A stretch of DNA of 63,782 nt, filler included, from Octopus bimaculoides (taxonomy: Eukaryota): NCBI RefSeq assembly GCF_001194135.2. It is 8 parts of 7 records of this genome, joined end to end, with 100 filler letters (N's around TTAATTAATTAA, not from the genome) between each part and the next. Parts side by side here need not be neighbours in the genome. Positions count along the whole stretch, not along the records: positions 39,185 to 60,448 come from NC_068983.1; positions 60,549 to 62,500 come from NC_068993.1; positions 62,601 to 63,782 come from NC_068986.1; 5 more parts are not named here. One strand, given 5' to 3'. Both the position numbers and the translations under genes were made by a program. Below are positions 49,201-63,737 of this stretch, one piece after another. How positions within the stretch are numbered: position 1 is the first letter of the stretch; each line of letters begins with the position of its first letter. The notes beneath the pieces were generated by a model, which saw only the letters and a program-made list of their open reading frames with translations, was not told the origin of the DNA and ran no database searches.

Positions 49201-51849
49201 CAGCACGCTTCTCTGAGAAGGATTATTTTTTACTGCTAAAACTATGAGGTATTTGCTCTCTGCAATGATAGTACACAGAACAACTATACAAATGGTCATA
49301 AAATGATATACGTATTCCCGTAGCTAAAGAATATCATATAACCGAGTATTTAAATGCTTAACAAAATACTATTACTACAAAATTCATAGTTGAGTTATTT
49401 ATTTCATGTAAGTAATAAAACTTGTGTATGAACAAAGAAATATGCTGTTATGAATGCTTTCAGATATAATAGAAGACATCATTGCTTATAAATCGACATT
49501 CACGCTATGAACTATAAGCGAATAATGATTTCGCATGTTAGTTTGCCTAAATCCATAAATATAGACACTCAAGATTTTTATTTGATTCAGTTGGTAATTT
49601 ATCTCATACATAAAAGAAATTAATTTGAACCTTGAGGTGGGATTCCTCATGGATTTATCCGTGAAAAGAAATAATTCTTAACTGATGAAAATAAGTAGGT
49701 TGCAATAACCACAGTGAAACATAATCACCGATGGCAGTGGCAAGTATAGTAGCGTTTATAGCTGGTGAACTATTTCACCCGAATCGCCATGATAAGCACA
49801 ACTCATCGGTTACAGACGAATACAAATCTAAACATAATCGTCAACATTTGATTTATCTTACCACTTGAACAAGTCAACAAGTCACAGCTAAAATAACTTG
49901 ATGGTTGCAAACAGTGAAATGTATTGTTTGTCTGTTATGCAATGTAACATAATGTGCATCAATTTAAACCTTTTTTGTGCATTACATTTGTTGAATGTGT
50001 GACTTTCTTTCCTTCCAACCACCTTTCATTCATGCAAATCTGTTTATTTTTCTGAATTTGTGCATAAAAGTAATTTACATGAGTAGAAGGCAAAAGAAGT
50101 ATGTAATCCATATTCTAAGATGTACTTCACTGTCGATCCATCAGAATCAGCTAGTAATGAGCTAAAAATTATAATTTTAGCCATCCTTGCAATTCTACAC
50201 ACGAAAAATCCTTATCCCGAATTTCAGAAGTGAATTGCTCGCAGCTACATGGCAGCTTTACATGCAAGAAAGCTCTAAATGCTTAGAGTATTTCACATAA
50301 ACTGAGCGACGGTTAGCCATGAACGCAACAAACCATTATGCAGACAAAAAAAAAACCCCTCGTATATCGCACAGCCTTCACGACTTCTGATCTTCAAAAC
50401 TGAAGTCTATAATCTCATGACCCAAATAATCTTCAACGCATTTTGCTACTTTTCAACAACGATAGTCCCACAAGCAGAACGCACGAAGAAAACATCAACT
50501 TCACTAATTGCTTTTATTTAAAATCGGTTCTATATCATAACCACTTGGTAAATCACTACCAATCATAATATTTCAATGACAGCTGGCTTCCAAGTTCAAT
50601 ACACACACGCTGGTTTCAAAAGGCGTCCCGGCTGATTCAAATCTACAAGTCTACCATCCTGGACATTCTCCTTACCAATACACTCTGACAGACTGCGTTA
50701 TACTCAACCCCACGTTGTTCTAACTCAAGTACATTTCTAATACATTTCTGGAAAAACAAACATCCTCTGACACAGTCAACTATCACCAAATTGAGCTACT
50801 TTCAGCACCTGGAATTCAATGGAGATAATGACAAACGATAATATTTATGAACGCCTTAAGTTCTCTGCTTTTTCTTCTCTCTCTTGAATGGCCGTTATTT
50901 CCGTTTCTGTCGAGCCAATTGTCTAGCAGTCCACCTTCCTATGCTATCCTCTAGAAGCGTCTCACGCCGACAAAATTCGGTGAAATCAGTATTATTACCT
51001 TAGAAATCACTGAAGCTATCGACTATATGTGCTATGTATATCTCCAGCCGGAACGCTCCGCCTACCTACTCCATTCATGAATGATGTATAGGATAGATAG
51101 CTTTCTATCAGTAGGATTGTTGTGAAACCAGTCAGACGTCTTACCACTCCACTTTCTGTCAACACCCGAGTTTAGGTTTCTCCACATCAGTCTTCCTGCT
51201 TCGTTTTTGCATCTAAGCTACAAGATTCTTTAAATGAGCAATCGATTAGAAAGTTGGATATTTAATTAATCGACTAATAATAAAGGAGTGAAATTGAACC
51301 AGTGCCTGTGTTAATATTGACATAATGATTCTCCCTACACACAACAAAATCTTTGTGCTGTTTATAAGTAGCTTATTTGAGTCACTTATAAAAATATCCC
51401 GACTTACTCAGATGATATGATCATTTATTCTTTCCTAATCTTGCTCAGACACGCACCGAACTGGAACAGTTTACACGAGCGGAGTCAATGGAAACATCCT
51501 CCATAAATTTCATGCTTGTTTCGTCTCTCACTAGAAGAAAACAAAATGAAAAGATCGACCTCTAATCATCTCAATAAACATAATTCTACTCGCACCACAC
51601 ACACAGGCACATTCATACACAGATACATGCTCACATAAACAAGACACGAGAAGTCTCAACTAGAGATTGCTCTCCGCGTAAGGCATCACTATCACTGAAA
51701 TTGTTTCATACGAAAATATATCCATAACACCGAGCGTGGAATTGAAATGTCTTGCCTTTCATTTCAGTGCCAGAAAATATTCCATTCCCCTACAATTGTG
51801 TGTAATCCATAACACGCAAGTACAATGAGTCACACATTCAACGCTGGGA

Positions 51850-51960
51850 CTGTTTACAACTATACAGATAGAAATATACTGGGCCGCATTCAGCGAAAGG
51901 TCACTTGGCTAAGTGACATGAAACAACTCCCATATGTGAAATGTCTCTGACCCACCCCAT
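51850..51960 (+). mobile_element. Highly degenerate CR1-like ORF2 C-terminal fragment
   Basis: GTVYNYTDRNILGRIQRKVTWLSDMKQLPYVKCL resembles S.VWNPY...DI..LERVQRRAT....LPY.ERL. Confidence 0.4.
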
Positions 51961-54553
51961 ACTGTCTTCTCTGTAGCACTTTTTACTGTTATTGTGTTGG
52001 CATGTGTTACCCAGATTTGGCAAGCATTGTCCTTCATTATATGTGAACAAACCCTAGGCTCAGCAGTAATACACAGTCCTACCTCTTTAGAACATCACTC
52101 CAATGAAATCTTGTAATTGCTCATATCTTTCCTATAAATATGGAATCTCACCATTCTACATAGGACATGATTGATAGCAAACGAGCTCTGATCTCGTTTG
52201 CTTCTCAAATCTGGATACTCACTGTTCTTATAGACCAGAAAATAAAGAAATAAAGTGTTCTACAGCCATGATATTTTCAGAATATTAAGACAATCATTTT
52301 ACACAAAGTGTGCAATGTATCTGTTGAGAATATTCAGTTTCATCACTGAACGTACAGACGATTAATTGGTATAGATGCCGGAATATAAGTTAAAACTTTT
52401 TGTGTGAAGACCACTATATCGATGACCAATTAAACTAACTTAAAATTGTTTTCCAGTTTATGCATCTAATTGTCTCTAAAAGCGGATATATTACACAACT
52501 CAGTTATATGGCTGCATGTAACGACAAGTTCAATTATTTCTGTTATTTTATTGAATAACATTTTGTATCTTGTATATCATGTCTACTACATGCACCTAAC
52601 ACATGAATTTATATCATAGCAAAATCTTTAGCTTAAAGAAAACTAAACACTTCTTTTGCAACATCTGATAAAGCGTTACGCAATGTTAACATCTAATAAT
52701 TTAGAAGTCCATTAAAACTTTGCCAGCAACTATTATTTTATTATTCATAAAGCCCGAAGGTAATTAGTGACAGAATTTGTTGAGTGATAGACAAAATACC
52801 TAGTTAAGATATATTAAATTCTCATTTAAATTTCGGACATTGCATCAATGCTTCACTGTCTCCAAGCTCTAATTAATCCTTGTAAATATTCCATAAATTT
52901 TCGAGTTGAACAAATAGCAGAAATCAGAATTGTTAAATTTTTATTCCAAACATTAAAAACTCTATAGTAATTGTTTCAAATTACATTTCTTTATATGACG
53001 TTTTGGTGTTGGGTATCTAAATATATATTTATTAATGATATAGGAAGAAATATATAATATGCATATATATAGGCCTTGCAGAATAGGTAGTCACAAACTA
53101 TTTGTTTATTTGTTCATTTTCCACATTGGCGGAAAACAATTGTATAAGTGTGCTCTTCAAATATAAGATCAGGTGATTTTTTTTCACGAAGTTCTGGAAG
53201 TTTAGTGCAAATAAGATGATGGAAAGAGGACTTGAAACCGTAGGAGAATTTGGAAAAACAATATATCTTGCAATTTCAGAAACGGAGATTCCATTCTATT
53301 AATTATAAGAAAGGCAAACAGAAAAAAAAATCAATAATTTATGAATCAGTATTATGGGGTCAGATATCTTCATTAAATTGAGGTGAGTAAAGTTGCCCTT
53401 GTAGTTACCTATTTTATTTTTTTCTTTGCTGAAACACTAGGCTATAATTTAATGATCAATTAGGTGCTATTTCGAAAATATCAAAAAGTCAAGTTGACAT
53501 TCTCACGTTACTTTTATTTTCAGAGACAAAAGTAAAACTGTATTTACTGTAAACGATGATCAAACGAGTGTTACTATCTAAATAGTCAATGTTGTAGAAA
53601 ATGGCATAAATGACTCCGTCGTTATCACAAATGTATCGGGTTGTTACAGTCCTATGTAGTTCGTATCCAATAAAGTATATTTACGTAATGGGTGGCAATC
53701 TCAGGGTTACAGTCAGTGTTGTAACGTAATATACACAGTGCTTTGACTTCTCAAACGTTTACCAGCACGTAATCTTCACATGAAAATGTCAAGTAGTTCT
53801 TAATGTATTATAGAATATAATAAGAACTTGCGAATATATCTCTCCATACTAATGAGTTTGGCAAGACATTTTGTCTTCATTTTGGTAAGTATAACAAGAT
53901 ACATGTCGACGCCAATATTCATTCTCTTACTAATGAATCCCACAAACCAGACTGGCAAGTTCAAAATAATTCCTTTTGAAATGACGATACAGTGAAACCA
54001 AAACGATACCTATTATACGTCTGAGCATCACAAGAGACAATGGCGTAGCTAATCATTTTTCAAAATCTATTGAGCATTGTCACAGAGGAAAGAAATATTT
54101 ATTAAGGAATCGATTCTACGTTGAACATATTACAGACACATTTCACCAATGTATCTAAGCCTGTTTAGGTTCGCTAAAACAAACATCCCTATCATTTCGG
54201 AGAAAGTTAGACTAAAACAGTTTAATTTAATTGTAAAAAGTTATAGCCAATTTTGTTGGATAGCAATTTAACAGATTTGAAATGAGTGACAGGAAAAATA
54301 ATTTGATAGATGAGCGTGAATGTCAGGACTGGCAAAACCATAGCATTGGTTTTTTGGGCAACAACATCTTTGCACACCCACACAGAACATGCACTCACAT
54401 ACACAAACACAGCCACAGCCACACGTATACGTATGTGTGAGTGTGCGTGCGTGAGCGTGCGTGTATATGTGTGTGCATATGTACAGTGAGGGAAAGGTAA
54501 TGATGCAAATAAACAAAACTGTTTGGGTTAGATATATAAAATACACCCCCCCC

Positions 54554-54637
<84 letters not shown>

Positions 54638-56469
54638 AATAGATAGAGGGAGGCAAAGACTGAAAACATTCAGACGATGAACATTCGTGTGTAAATATAT
54701 AGTTATTTATATATTAACGTGAAGATTTACGAGGAATACAAAGACATAGAAATCTAAGAGGAGATAGTATGGTATTACAGGTCCGACTGTTGTTTCTGTG
54801 GGGTCGGAATTACGTAAAAATGTTGGTAGATGGAGTTCGTAAAATGTCAAGAATAAACAAGCAGTAGTGGATGCATATAAGCAATAAGGTATATCCTGCC
54901 AACGTCTTCAAAGTGGAGAGATTTGTATCACAAATAAAACAGTTGAGTGCACAGCAAAATACATAATATGTTTCTATAATATAATTTATATACTCCAGGT
55001 AAGCAAAATGGAATTATTCACAATATTAATACTTCATACAGGAGAATCCACTACTAATCAATTTTCAAAACTTGAGCAAACTCTAAAGAAGTTGAAATTC
55101 ATTCTCCTCCACACAAACACACACATACAAGCACAGTCGCAAGCATATAGGTACACACAACATATGCATAATTCAATTTATAATTTCATATACTTCAGCT
55201 AAAACCGATCAAACATGACATAGACACATCAAAATGCGTACAGAAAAAGAGATCTTCACACACGCATACACATTCAGATAATTATAAATCATAAAATTAT
55301 AAGCGTTCATTGGAAGATGCATGGTTGGCTTCGGTCTATTGCTCAAAATATGATCTACTTCACTTACATTGACCAAATAAAAATTCCAAATAATTGAGCT
55401 TTAAACAATTAACTACGACATAGTAACACATGAATTAATCAGTATATAAAAAGCAGATGGTCACACACCCAAATACTCGTATATTATAAATGAAACAATA
55501 TACTCTCAATAATACGTAAATCTATCATTCTATGAACTTCACAAAAATCCCTCAGACAAGAAGCATGAACACTAAACATCACTTATAGCATAATTTCTTT
55601 AAATAGTTGCTCAGATGAACCCACTCACATTCAGACATCTCTAAAAAATTCCTTAACATTATGTGTTGTCTTCACAAAACAATACTATTTAGAAACAAAA
55701 TATCGTTAACTAATCTATATTGCCTAAAACTTCTTTTAAACCCGAACGAAACAAAATTCATTAAAAGGAGAGCTTTATCTAGTTTAGCAATTAAATCAAT
55801 AATGAGTAAGCAAAATAACAGCATGCAGCCTCATCAAAACAAAACCAAAGAAGCAACAGGTAGCAAAGAGCCCAACGCAAACCAATGAACAAACGAGGTA
55901 ATTAGATCACAGATGCTGTAACAAGTATACGTAATCAGATCTGAGATCTAATAAGTTTTCTACCAACGATTTGTAGTAGTGTAAAATTTGTGCTGCAAAA
56001 TAATTCGAATTTAAAAAGCTGTGTATGTGTGTATGGCTATATCTTCATGTGGGTCATTTTGTACGTATACATGCGTGTTGTGTGTGTGTGCGTGTTTTTT
56101 GTGTATATATGTGTGTGCACGCGCGCGTCTGCGTGTGTGCGCGTGCTCTGTGTTTGTGTAGACTCATTTATTTCACTTAAAATTTTCCAATCTGAAACTG
56201 TAGAATTGAATCTTTATCAATGTTTTTTTGGTTGGCGTTCAGTTAAGAAAGAGAAAACAACGGTTCTTTTTCACGTAGTGAAAACAATATAGAGGAAACA
56301 GCATTAAAATCATGAAATCACTAGTCCAACTGATTAATAGCATTTAGCTTTTTTGTATCTCCTACTTGGATTCGTATTAGTGTTGTTATTTAGTATAATT
56401 ATCAGTGATGCACATTTCATTGAATCGAATATAGTCATCCCCTCAAGGAATTTCTGGTTTTAGGCTAAA

Positions 56470-56636
56470 GCAAGAATGATAAAATATCTCTCATCAATCT
56501 ACTATTGTAATACTTAAAACATTAAGTGCATTCTCCAGAATGGATAATGAAATTACTAATTAATTAAGGAAAAGTGATGGAAGCAGACGGATCGATTCTA
56601 ATTTGAATTGTATGGGGATGTATTACGACAGAATAA
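56470..56636. repeat. Source copy of a 167-bp exact duplication (second copy 59326-59492)
   Basis: Base-by-base identical from GCAAGAATGATAAAA to CGACAGAATAA. Confidence 0.95.
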
Positions 56637-58429
56637 CAAGATTTCCATACATTAATTGAAAGGTAGTAGAGACTGTTTCCTTTGTAGACGGGTCTGAATT
56701 TATGTCTTTCTATAGATATCGATAGCTAATAAAATATTTTCCATGTATTTCTTTCGGAGATCTGTAGAGAAAATATATCCATTTGCACCGATGTTCTCTG
56801 ACGTGAATCAGTGACGTAACGAAATTCACATACCATTAACATGTAATAGAAACCAGATTGAGAATTAACATGATTTTTACACAATACAATTCTTCTTAAA
56901 TTTTATTTTGATTTATGTTTTGCTTGATATTAGGTATCAGATGTAAGCTTTTATCATAAAAAGCTCAAAACTTCGTTTTGCGTCTACGACTTTATCGCAG
57001 ATGAGATTGTTCTCCATTTGTTGAAAATCAGAAGAGCAATTAGTAGCCAATTACTATAACACATAAGTGGTTTTCCCTTATTATTTGGTGTTCTATGTCC
57101 CAAACTTCATTCATTTTTCCTAAATTGTTTTATTACCATACTTTCAAGATCATGCATATTAACCTTTATTTAATTTTTGGCGGTTATTTTTTTAATATCT
57201 AATAATTGACTTTTGTGTGTATGACTTCGATCGTTAGGAATACATCATTGTTTTCATTTAACCTCCTCCTGGCATACGTGTCACAGTTAGTCAATAGCAT
57301 TTCATTTACATTGTTTTCTCTCACCCAGTGAATTTTAGATTTATATATTTCAATATCACTATTTCCTTTCTCCCCCATACTCTCTTTCAAACATGTGATT
57401 ACAGTGCAAGACTATTTCACTACAAATTTTGTACTTGATTAGTCCATGCAATAAAAGTTATGTTATATAATTATAAAATTCTGTTATATAATTATAAAAT
57501 TTTGGCTTCAAATATTGGCACTAGCATTTTGGGTGAGCAAGTCGATTACATCGATCCAGTGACCAACTGGCCCATTTTTGTATCGAATCGGGAGAATGAA
57601 AAATACAGTCCACAGAATATGAAAATGGAAGACAAAGCCGGAAAAAAAAGCTGCCAAGCATTTTTTCCTGAGTACTAATAATTCTGCCTGCTCATTTCCT
57701 TATAAAATGATGAAAAAAATAATAAAGTGAGACATACACTAAAATACAAACACACACTGGAGTACGTACAAACAAGCACACAGGTGCATGCCCACAGTCA
57801 TATATTCAATTGGTTCAAAGTCTCTAGCATAAGCTTATAATAGATTACCACCGGAATTTTGCACGGATTGTAGCGTTTCTTAAACACTAGCACGTTAATC
57901 AAGCTAGGTTTTATCCTCCGGAATAAGAGTTGGCAAAACGAATTGTTATGCTATAGCACGAAAAATATTATCAATCCATGAACGTACAATTATAAACAAT
58001 ATGTTACATAAGTGATAAAATATGCTACATAAACATATTTGGCAAAGGGAAATACAATCCTTGATATTCTTTTACATCTGTTTAAAAAATTCGGTTACTG
58101 ATTGATGTTTTAGTTTGTATTATATAAAGGGTATACATAGTAGTTTAATAATTTTTATAAAACTAGTAAAAATTGACAATACAAAGACATTACTAGTTAA
58201 TATTTCAATCTGGAAGCGTTACTGGGCAGAATATTCTTTCCAGAAGCATGTATGGTAAAATACAAATATTTTAGCAGTAAAACTGTATTTAACAGCATTG
58301 GTGTATCAATAAAAATGCGCTGAAATTCTAGAGGAGGGATAAAAGTGGAACAAAAAAGAAGTACAAAATAAATAAAATGTGGGAATATAAAAATGGAGAT
58401 TATATATGTGTGTGTGTATGAGCGAGTGC

Positions 58430-58479
<50 letters not shown>

Positions 58480-58609
58480 TTGTCTGTGTGTTTGTGTTTG
58501 TGTCCCTGTCTGTGTCTGTGTGTACCTTGACCAACGAGCCTCTCCGATTCTTGCTCAATCAATGACTATGGATCTACTACTCGGTTACCCGTTAGTGTAG
58601 ACGACGATG

Positions 58610-58640
<31 letters not shown>

Positions 58641-58859
58641 TGTATTCTCTTTAAACTAATGAATAGATTAATATTTCTTTCTGATGCTACGTGGTAAATT
58701 ATATGCTAACAAAGGAAATGAAATTGTATACTAGCTTGAATGTCAAAGGTAAGGAACACAGCGTTTTAGAAATTGTTATCTTTCTAAGTGTTGCGAGATA
58801 TATTTGCTTGCAAATTTCGCATGGAATTGGCAGCCTCTCGTTGGAATGTTTCATCTTTA

Positions 58860-59870
58860 TCAAAGAGAAAAGAAAACAGACATTGTAAACGTTCGCACAC
58901 AATATAAAAACCGCAATTTTTCCGAAGGTCTCAAAAAGATTATCACTGATTGTCTTAGAAAATCAATGACAGCCATCTCCAAAGAACTTCAGGTGTGAAA
59001 GTAGAATACCAGAACTGAGGTGCACTAAGACATTTGATACAGGATTATATACTGAGAAAAAGCCAATTCATGTCTTTACAGACATGAATTGGCCAATAGG
59101 TTGCTTAGCAAGATTAAAAACCTTATCAACATAGCATCATCTTGAGAAACCCTGCGACAAAGTCCAAACATTTCACAGAAGAAATGACGCACGGATATGG
59201 GCAGATTTCCTTGATGCACCTAGAATGTCGCATATTACGTTTTCGGTGCTGTGATATATTTAGAAGTGGCGAGTAACGAAGGTCATACCATGTTGTGTCA
59301 CCTCGTATCTTACCACAAATTCAATGCAAGAATGATAAAATATCTCTCATCAATCTACTATTGTAATACTTAAAACATTAAGTGCATTCTCCAGAATGGA
59401 TAATGAAATTACTAATTAATTAAGGAAAAGTGATGGAAGCAGACGGATCGATTCTAATTTGAATTGTATGGGGATGTATTACGACAGAATAAGTAGCATT
59501 TAGCTTTTTTGTATTTCCTACTTGAAATGCTGGAGACAATTGTTAAACACTGACTAAATGAAGTATCACTAAGTTTACGTAACCGCCAAACTGATGTAAG
59601 ACAATGTTAAATATTATGTACCATCAAACATGATTTCAAACTCGCCAGAAATGAATCGCATGTACTAAAAAGTGTAGAAAGTTCAAAGAAGACTAATCGA
59701 CATCTTCACTATGTCGTAGATTCACTGAAGGACGATATTGACAAGGAAATGTCTGAAATGAATTAGGACCATTTAGCGCAGGTGTGTCGACGATTCTGGT
59801 TCTACACTGTAGACCTGAAAGGAACAGTGGATTCATAAAATAATCTTACAAGTAATCTTACCAAGGAGAT
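58860..59870 (+). pseudogene. Old maT/DD37D-like transposase relic interrupted by the duplication
   Basis: KIITDCLRKSMTAISKELQV, VASNEGHTM, [insert], MLETIVKH*LNEV, SNSPEMNRM, DSLKDDIDKEMSEMN*DHLAQVCRRF, in the order expected for a maT transposase. Confidence 0.65.
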
Positions 59871-60548
59871 ATGCACAAAATTTCATTAAAATACATTTGT
59901 TTCTACCTAGATTAGAGATATTTTATAAAATTAACAAATATGTCGTCAAATATCTCTTGCAGCCTGCGTGTATACGTATGTATGTATGTATGTATGTATG
60001 TATGCGGGCCGTGACAATCTTGCTAAACATACGTCTCAAACTCTCTATGGAGGCTGATAGAACATAAAAAATGTACACATTAATCATTGAGCTGCAGAAA
60101 AGACGTACCCAATCCTTTTCCTTATCCTCACTGACGGCCAACTGTGCAACTACTATATAGACAGTAAAGTGAAATTTTGAGGGATTACCACAAATTTTGT
60201 GGTTCGAAGAGGGTGAATAAAGACAAGATTATGAATGGATTCCTTTACCACAGATTCAAAGAGAATATTTTCATTATGACTGCGGCGAATCAGTATACAT
60301 AACAAGCCTCATTACCTGTCTCAATAGACTATGCTTAGTACCTCAAAAAATTTTGAGTTGCACTGGTGCCGCAACTAATGAAAAAAATATAGACATGCAA
60401 CTACTGTTTTACATATTATTGATCTAATAATATGTAAAACATATCCCTNNNNNNNNNNNNNNNNNNNNNNNNNNNNNNNNNNNNNNNNNNNNTTAATTAA
60501 TTAANNNNNNNNNNNNNNNNNNNNNNNNNNNNNNNNNNNNNNNNNNNN

Positions 60549-60603
<55 letters not shown>

Positions 60604-61982
60604 ACTAATAAAATACTTTTTGTTGTTATTTCTTTCCCAGATGTTTAGTATTGCAATTCGAACTGAAATGAAAGAATTCAATTTTAAATAAACTTAAAAT
60701 TATAAAATTCTGCAGAAAATATGGCCATGACGAGTGTGCCATGGAGAAGCTTGGTGGAGGAATTTGCATTCTATTCAGAATATGGTTGCATATTTGACAT
60801 GCTGTTCGCCTGGAACTACTTGTTAAAAACATATGTTATGAGGTTATATGACTAATATAATTTCCTTGAGTAATGGAAATATATCGTTAGTTACATAAGG
60901 TAGACTATCAAATGCTATAAAATGTATAAGCTGTAAAGGTCATACTGTGAAATGTGGGAGGGATAAAGATAATTTTGTAATATTTCACTCCATATTTTAC
61001 ATTATTACATTTTTACATCATACTTTCCACAATATTATATTTTCACCACATATATCTGATACTGCATCTCACAACATACATTTCATATTATATTTTCACC
61101 TCATCCATTTAATAATATTAAATTTCAACATACCTTTTACAATACCATATTATATATGAAACCTTATATATTTTATTATCATACTCATCTCATACATTTT
61201 ACGACATTACATTTCTGCATCTTACATTTTTACATTTATATTACGTTTCTGTCACAAGTATTTCATACTATTAACACTCTACATCATATATTTTACAAAA
61301 TTACGAGTATCGGAATAAGACACTTACTAAGAGCTGCTCAATAAGGCCGAACCCGAATTCTCTTGATTGTGAAGCGAATTTTTTAACACAGTCATATATA
61401 TGTTTTAATTTATCATTAATTTTACCGCTAATTATTTACCTGGCTATTCAGGCCTTTTTAACTTTTTCTTTCTACATAAGCTATTTTTGATTTAAGGGCT
61501 TCTTCGATTTTTATGATAATATGATTTTAAACCGCAATTTGTAATTTCATGCAACCGGTTATTGAAAAGACTGTTAGATGAAAAGACCAATGAAACAAAA
61601 CCATTTTCAAATGTGTATCTATCAAAGTAATTGTATTTCTGTATATAATTCTATCTTGCTCCATTCTAAACAAAGCTGCCCGATGAACGGCAACGTGAAA
61701 CTCTGACTAACAGTTTTTGTGATGTTTTGCTGCTCTTTAATAAAGTATATATATATATATATATATNNNNNNNNNNNNNNNNNNNNNNNNNNNNNNNNNN
61801 NNNNNNNNNNNNNNNNNNNNNNNNNNNNNNNNNNNNNNNNNNNNNNNNNNNNNNNNNNNNNNNNNNNNNNNNNNNNNNNNNNNNNNNNNNNNNNNNNNNN
61901 NNNNNNNNNNNNNATATATATCAAACATATATATATATATACTTGATAGAAAATATATACATTATTTATATTACATACAAAT

Positions 61983-62027
<45 letters not shown>

Positions 62028-62048
62028 CAGATAAGATTTTTATCTGTT

Positions 62049-62422
62049 ATTTTTTACTTGCATCTATCATTAAACAGCGGCCATGCTGGGGCATTGTCTT
62101 GAAGAATTTTTAGTCAAATGAATCGACCCCAGTACTTTGCTCAAGTCCAGTAATTATTCTATCGATTTTCCTTTTTGCCGAACTGCTAGGTTACGGAGTG
62201 CAAACACACCAACGCCGGTTGAAAAACGGTGTTGGTGGACATCTCCCCACACACACACATAAATATATATGTATATATATGTATATATATATATACACCA
62301 CGAGCTTCTTTCAGTTTCCTTCCTATAGTAGAAAACACTTGCCAAAGAAATCACACAGTCGGACTGAACTCTGGATCAAATGGTTGAGAAGCAAGCGTCT
62401 TACCACACAGCCAAGCCTCCGC

Positions 62423-62424
<2 letters not shown>
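62049..62424 (-). mobile_element. Full-length SINE family A with internal (CA)/(TA) microsatellite
   Basis: Minus-strand head AGGCGGAGGCTTGGCTGTGTGGTAAG..GAGTTCAGTCC (boxes A and B). The 5' and 3' halves are separated by a microsatellite at ~62248-62297. Confidence 0.8.
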
Positions 62425-62474
<50 letters not shown>

Positions 62475-62800
62475 ATACATATATATATATATATATATAT
62501 NNNNNNNNNNNNNNNNNNNNNNNNNNNNNNNNNNNNNNNNNNNNTTAATTAATTAANNNNNNNNNNNNNNNNNNNNNNNNNNNNNNNNNNNNNNNNNNNN
62601 TATATATATATATATATTTGTCCACGTTTGTGGTCAACGTTATTTTTTTAAAACGTACCCTAATCCGCTGAGATTGCAGATACTAATTCTGAATCTCTTT
62701 GATTCTTTAGATGTGCTGGCCTCCTGATAATTAATCGATATTAATTAATATATGATTAATTACTAGATTTTATAATATATATATATACATGCACACACAC

Positions 62801-62831
<31 letters not shown>

Positions 62832-62855
62832 CATACACACATACATGCGCATATA

Positions 62856-63734
62856 CAGGATGCTGTGAATAAACTGTCATCTAAATTACGCAAAAATGCA
62901 AATGACACTAACATTTCAATTTAACAGATATTTTTACTAAAATTATATAAAAATGTCTTGAAATACTAAAGAGCAAATTTATTCAATAAAATCACCATTG
63001 GCTTCAACCATGGCCTCCAGACGATTTTGAAATCTCCTGCAACTCTTCTGGACGGTCTCCTTGTTTAAGATGGTGAATGCTGCCATAATCCTGCCATAAT
63101 CCTGCCATAATCCTTCAGTTCACCTTTGGTGTTACAAGGAGTTTTGTTGGTCTCTTGCTCAACTGCGCCCCACACATAATAATCAAGGGTGTTGCAGTTT
63201 GGGGAGTTAGGTGGCCAGATGTTAGGAGTGATGTGGTCGCAGAAATTGGGTGACAGCCATGACTGGATTCTCCTGCTTGTGTTGAATGGTGCAGAGTCCT
63301 GTTGCTAGAAATAGTGTGTTCCAGCAGCCACCCTCTTAACCCAGGGCAACACTACCTCCTCCACGCACTTGATGTAGGCCTCTATGTTGAATGTGAGGCA
63401 TAACGTCACCATACGTAGTGATCACTCCAGATATGATGCTGTTGACTGGATGTTTGATTTTTATCACTCCTGGTACATGTTGTGGGGACACAGCAAGCCA
63501 ATGGTTATTTTGTGTGTTCACCATGTGTTCGTATTGGAGCTTCTGTCATGAATGCCAAGCAGAAGAGCATGTCGTTTCCAAATTTGTGGCAGAGTGACTT
63601 GCGTCATCGTGTTGTTTTTCTCACAGACAGTGTCCAAGTGATCCTACTATACTGTGTAGTCGACAAAATCAAGAACAAGCAATATGAATGCATAAAATTT
63701 AAATATCATATGGCGACAATTTATCCATCGCACC

Positions 63735-63737
<3 letters not shown>
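62856..63737 (-). mobile_element. Internally deleted maT/DD37D-like transposon with both TIRs and TA TSD
   Basis: TA|CAGGATGCTGTGAATAAACTGTC ... GACAATTTATCCATCGCACCCTG|TA. Minus-strand translation gives NTQNNHWLAVSPQHVPGVIKIKHPVNSIISGVITTYGDVMP and HITPNIWPPNSPNCNTLDYYVWGAVE. Confidence 0.88.

Noticed and set aside
53350-53581. GTGAGT donor at 53383 and TTTTATTTTCAG acceptor at 53523 giving IMGSDIFIKLR-DKSKTVFTVNDDQTSVTI*
   Set aside because: The peptide is unrecognised, the upstream acceptor is weak, and such motifs are frequent in AT-rich DNA.
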